A program made the position numbers and the translations under genes. The notes beneath the pieces are model-generated. The model saw only the letters and a program-made list of their open reading frames with translations, was not told where the DNA came from and did no database searches. Shown here one piece after another: positions 60,876 through 64,000 of a DNA stretch of 64,000 nucleotides. The stretch's first letter is position 1; each line of letters opens with the position of its first letter. Location: NCBI GenBank assembly GCA_964611385.1, contig CAZSXS010000001.1, positions 31,058-95,057 of the forward strand. Direction: 5' to 3'. This stretch comes from an uncultured Defluviitaleaceae bacterium. Lineage in GTDB: Bacteria; Bacillota; Clostridia; Lachnospirales; CAYPQA01.

Positions 60876-62405
60876 ATGGGCAGAATTTTAAGCAAACAGG
60901 AATTTTTACCGATAGGGGAAGGCTTGAAAAACGAAGGGAAAAGGATTGTTCTTTGTCATGGCGTTTTTGACTTGGTGCATCCTGGGCATTTAATACATCT
61001 GGAAGAAGCAAAAAGCCTGGGCGATGTGTTGGTTGTTTCGGTTACCGCCGCAAGGTTTGTGCGAAAGGGGCCGGGGCGACCTTTTTTTGATGACGAGCTG
61101 CGGCTGAAATTTTTATCCTCCCTGGAGCCGGTGGATTTTGTGCTTTTGTCGGAAAGCGACACGGTGGAGGATATCGTAGAGCTTGTAAAACCCAGCTTTT
61201 ATGTCAAGGGGGAGGAGTATGCCACCACAGAGGACTTGACCGGGAAAATCGGCTTTGAAGCGGAGCTGGTAAAGAAATACGGCGGCGATTTGTATTTCAC
61301 TAAGGGGCAATGTTTCAGTTCTACCAAGCTGATCAACAATGCCCTACCAGCTCTGACACCAGAGGTCAAGGCGTTTTTGAACCGGCTGCGGGAGCAGTAT
61401 AGCTTTGAGAAGATCAAGGGCTATGTGGACAAGATGAAGGGTCTATCCCTGCTGGTGGTGGGGGATATCATTATCGACGAGTATGTGTACTGTAAGCTTC
61501 AGGGGCTGATGCACAAGGATACAGGCTATTCGGCTCGCTATGTGGACTCGGAGCAGTTTTTGGGGGGCGCCTTGGCCATAGCCGGACATGCGGCAGAATT
61601 TTCGGAGAACGTAAGCCTGTTATCCGTGGTGGGCACTGAAAGTCCTCTGCACAGCCTCATCTTAAATGGCTTAAGCAATAAGATGCGGGTGCTGCTTGAG
61701 TCCGGCGAACAATATCAAAGCATTGTAAAGAAGCGCTTCATTGTCAGAAACGAAAAAAGAGCAGAACTGAACAAAATTTTTTCCATCAACAATCTTCCCA
61801 CCGATCCGCGTATAGATGAGGGTCTCATGCGGCGCTTCAAAAGCAGGCTGAACGATATCATTTCTGGCTTTGATGCTGTTCTATTGGCCGATTTTGGTCA
61901 TGGGCTTATTGACCGGGAAGTCATGGAAATCATACAAAAGAAGGCCAAATTTTTGGCCCTCAACTGTCAGACCAACTCCTCCAACGCAGGGCTCAATCTC
62001 ATCACCAAATACCATAGAGCCGACACCTTTGTTCTGGATCAAAAGGAGCTGCGGCTTGCCTTTGGAGACTACAGCCTCGGTGAGCGGGAAGGGCTTTTAA
62101 AGCTGCAAGCTCACTTCAAGACCAAGGGCTGGCTTACACAAGGTTCCTTAGGCACTACGGCAGTGGATGAGGATGGGGAGCTGCTTCACTGCCCCGCTTT
62201 CACCTTGAATGTGGTGGACACCATAGGGGCGGGTGACGCCTTCTATACCTTGGCGGCACTTTCTACTCTTTCCGGCGTACCGGTTTTACCCGGAACCTTC
62301 TTGGCCAACGTAGCGGGGGCCTTGGCGACCAACTTTGTGGGTAACAAGGAGAGCGTGGGAAGGGTTGATTTATTGAAGTATGCAAACACTTTGATGAAAG
62401 GTTAA
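60876..62405 (+). CDS. bifunctional cytidylyl/adenylyl-transferase-like + PfkB sugar kinase (domain order reversed relative to RfaE/HldE)
   Basis: N-terminal HxGH nucleotidyltransferase motif (GVFDLVHPGHLIHL). C-terminal PfkB signature DTIGAGDAF. Confidence 0.75.
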   Translation: MGRILSKQEFLPIGEGLKNEGKRIVLCHGVFDLVHPGHLIHLEEAKSLGDVLVVSVTAARFVRKGPGRPFFDDELRLKFLSSLEPVDFVLLSESDTVEDIVELVKPSFYVKGEEYATTEDLTGKIGFEAELVKKYGGDLYFTKGQCFSSTKLINNALPALTPEVKAFLNRLREQYSFEKIKGYVDKMKGLSLLVVGDIIIDEYVYCKLQGLMHKDTGYSARYVDSEQFLGGALAIAGHAAEFSENVSLLSVVGTESPLHSLILNGLSNKMRVLLESGEQYQSIVKKRFIVRNEKRAELNKIFSINNLPTDPRIDEGLMRRFKSRLNDIISGFDAVLLADFGHGLIDREVMEIIQKKAKFLALNCQTNSSNAGLNLITKYHRADTFVLDQKELRLAFGDYSLGEREGLLKLQAHFKTKGWLTQGSLGTTAVDEDGELLHCPAFTLNVVDTIGAGDAFYTLAALSTLSGVPVLPGTFLANVAGALATNFVGNKESVGRVDLLKYANTLMKG

Positions 62406-62414
62406 GAAAGGTAA

Positions 62415-63110
62415 TTAGAACGGACGTTTTGTGAAATATCCTTTTTCGCTCCAATATTTGTATGGATATGCATCCTTGCCAATATATTTTTTCAAGATAA
62501 ACTTTGCGCTGTAGTACATGAATATTGTTGCAATATAAGGATGTCCTTTAGGAGCAAAGTGAAATCTGATTGCAGCCTGACGAAGTTTTCTTTCAAACCG
62601 TTTTTGCTTCGACTCTATCATCTTATCCCATTTGTCGGTGAACATCCTAATACCAAGGGAATAAACACGATTTATCCCCCAATTTTTAAGATACTCCTTG
62701 AGTGGTTTTATTGCAGCAACAGAGCCCGCACCTGTTGTAAGGATAAATGCTTTTTTGTTAAACATTTCTGCTCTCGGCGCAATATTTAGTGTTAGAAAAT
62801 CCAAGTGATCCAACAGGTTCTTCATACAAGATGACATGCTGCAAGCTCCGTAATGCGGAGTGGTGAAAATCAGTGCGTCAGAATTGAGTATTGCGTTTAA
62901 AATCGGAGTGACATATTGGGAATGAGGGCATTTTTCGTTTGGGTTACTCAAACAGAGCTGGCATCCAGTGCAAAATGTAGGCAAGGCTTCAGGCAGAAAA
63001 AACGCTGCGTATTGTATATCACCTTGTTTTGATAATTCATCTATAAAGATTTTTGTTGCCTTATACGTATTCCCTTTTCGAGGGCTTCCATGAAAAACTG
63101 TAACCTTCAT
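62415..63110 (-). CDS. flavodoxin-like FMN reductase / iron-sulfur flavoprotein-like protein
   Basis: MKVTVFHGSPRKGNTY N-terminus and a compact Cys motif CTGCQLC...C. The ATG at 63110 follows GGGGAG. Confidence 0.6.
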   Translation of the reverse strand: MKVTVFHGSPRKGNTYKATKIFIDELSKQGDIQYAAFFLPEALPTFCTGCQLCLSNPNEKCPHSQYVTPILNAILNSDALIFTTPHYGACSMSSCMKNLLDHLDFLTLNIAPRAEMFNKKAFILTTGAGSVAAIKPLKEYLKNWGINRVYSLGIRMFTDKWDKMIESKQKRFERKLRQAAIRFHFAPKGHPYIATIFMYYSAKFILKKYIGKDAYPYKYWSEKGYFTKRPF

Positions 63111-63300
63111 TATTCTCCCCTTCTTTCCTATTGGGTTATATATAGTATACCATAAAATGCGCAAAATTTAAAGACTTGTAATTGTTCTTTACTTCAATTA
63201 CTATTCGATACAATTATATATGAAAGGGGTGTAAGCATTTTATAGGTTTCAATAACGGATAGAAACGGCAATTATCATTAGGGTAATGGAGGGATTTTAA

Positions 63301-64000
63301 ATGTCGAAAATGTATGGCGGAAACTTAGCAAGAACAGGGGAGTATAGCGGTACAGGAATTTCTGAGCTTAAGAAAGTATTGTGGAAGTTTACGACAGGAG
63401 GCAAACTATGTTCGACACCAGTATTGGCAGATGGCTTCCTATATTTTGGAGGACAAGACGGTTTTATTTATTCACTTACTGCTAGTCACGGCGTAGTGTG
63501 CTGGAAATATGATACTAAAAGTGTAATTCATTCGTCACCTGCATATAATAACGGAATCGTATACATAGGCTGCACAGATGGCGCTATATATGCACTGAAC
63601 GCAAAAAGCGGTTCTGTGATCTGGAGATATCAAACGGGTGGCCACGTTGATAGCTGCCCTGTTGTTGATAATGGAATCGTTTATGTTGGAAGTTGCGATT
63701 CATATGTATATGCTCTAAATGCAGAAATCGGAGAACTCGTTTGGAAATTCAAGACGGAAAATGGCGTAACATCCTCTCCAGCTATCAACCATGATAAAAT
63801 ATTCTTTGGTAGCCAGGACCACAAGGTCTACGCTTTAAATAAAACGAACGGAGAGCATGTTTGGCATTTTAAAACAGATGGCATGGTTATGTCTACCCCC
63901 GCAGTGGCGAATGATTTAGTATACATAGGAAGCTTAGATGAGAATCTTTACGCGATATCTGAGACAGATGGTTGTTTGAAATGGAACTATAGAACCAATG
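63301..64000 (+). CDS. PQQ-like beta-propeller repeat protein (5' partial, runs off window)
   Basis: My own translation from the ATG at 63301 (GGAGGG RBS) is open to the window end. Repeating units carry the G.(V/I)Y(V/I)G..D...YAL......(W/V)W(K/R/H)(Y/F) pattern typical of PQQ/BamB-like propellers. Confidence 0.7.
   Translation, partial: MSKMYGGNLARTGEYSGTGISELKKVLWKFTTGGKLCSTPVLADGFLYFGGQDGFIYSLTASHGVVCWKYDTKSVIHSSPAYNNGIVYIGCTDGAIYALNAKSGSVIWRYQTGGHVDSCPVVDNGIVYVGSCDSYVYALNAEIGELVWKFKTENGVTSSPAINHDKIFFGSQDHKVYALNKTNGEHVWHFKTDGMVMSTPAVANDLVYIGSLDENLYAISETDGCLKWNYRTN

Overview
64-kb chromosomal window, by gene content probably from a Clostridia-class Firmicute. That inference rests on strong GGAGG-type RBSs, AddB, an SLH-domain wall protein, DUF1292/DUF2508/DUF3048 families and a CgeB-like enzyme. 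About 60 protein genes lie on both strands. I saw no rRNA, tRNA or CRISPR array by eye.

Layout:
- 1-4.1 kb: ybeY / DUF3048 lipoprotein / era / thioesterase / recO.
- 4.3-10.2 kb: small regulators and enzymes (DUF2087, URO-D-like, RadC/JAB, hydrolase, PNPOx, MarR).
- 10.3-14.4 kb: OmpR-type two-component operon with two exported proteins.
- 14.5-17.3 kb: exosortase-family protein plus a VIT-vWA protein carrying a C-terminal sorting signal.
- 17.7-22.1 kb: ABC exporter and a TldD/PmbA pair.
- 22.3-27 kb: non-PASTA Ser/Thr kinase plus an SLH wall protein.
- 27.1-31.3 kb: AgrC-like kinase/LytTR module with a divergent pair of exported proteins.
- 31.5-35.9 kb: Cd/Zn-type metal-resistance cluster.
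- 35.95-40.9 kb: AT-rich decayed integrative-element remnant. Its sigma-factor gene is cleanly split by a 1.9-kb IS607-family element (tnpA + tnpB).
- 40.9-48.8 kb: core genes (yaiI, yjbQ, fumarate hydratase alpha, G1P-dehydrogenase-like, addB, DUF1292).
- 49.7-51.9 kb: two uncharacterised proteins, one a cytoplasmic PI-PLC-like enzyme.
- 52.2-62.4 kb: ten-gene sugar/glycan-modification cluster. It holds a CgeB-like enzyme, two paralogous radical-SAM enzymes, a split transketolase, two methyltransferases, an SDR epimerase and a reversed RfaE-like fusion.

The most unusual signals are non-coding. They are two interspersed repeat families that I cannot assign to any named element.
- R2: three copies. 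It has an invariant loop, and its 25-26-bp purine/pyrimidine stem differs between copies with matching changes on both arms.
- R1: at least 8 copies or fragments, all in the same polarity. It is a long imperfect palindrome that also donates stop codons to recO and to the exosortase gene.

All functional calls come from motif recognition by eye. No database search was run.
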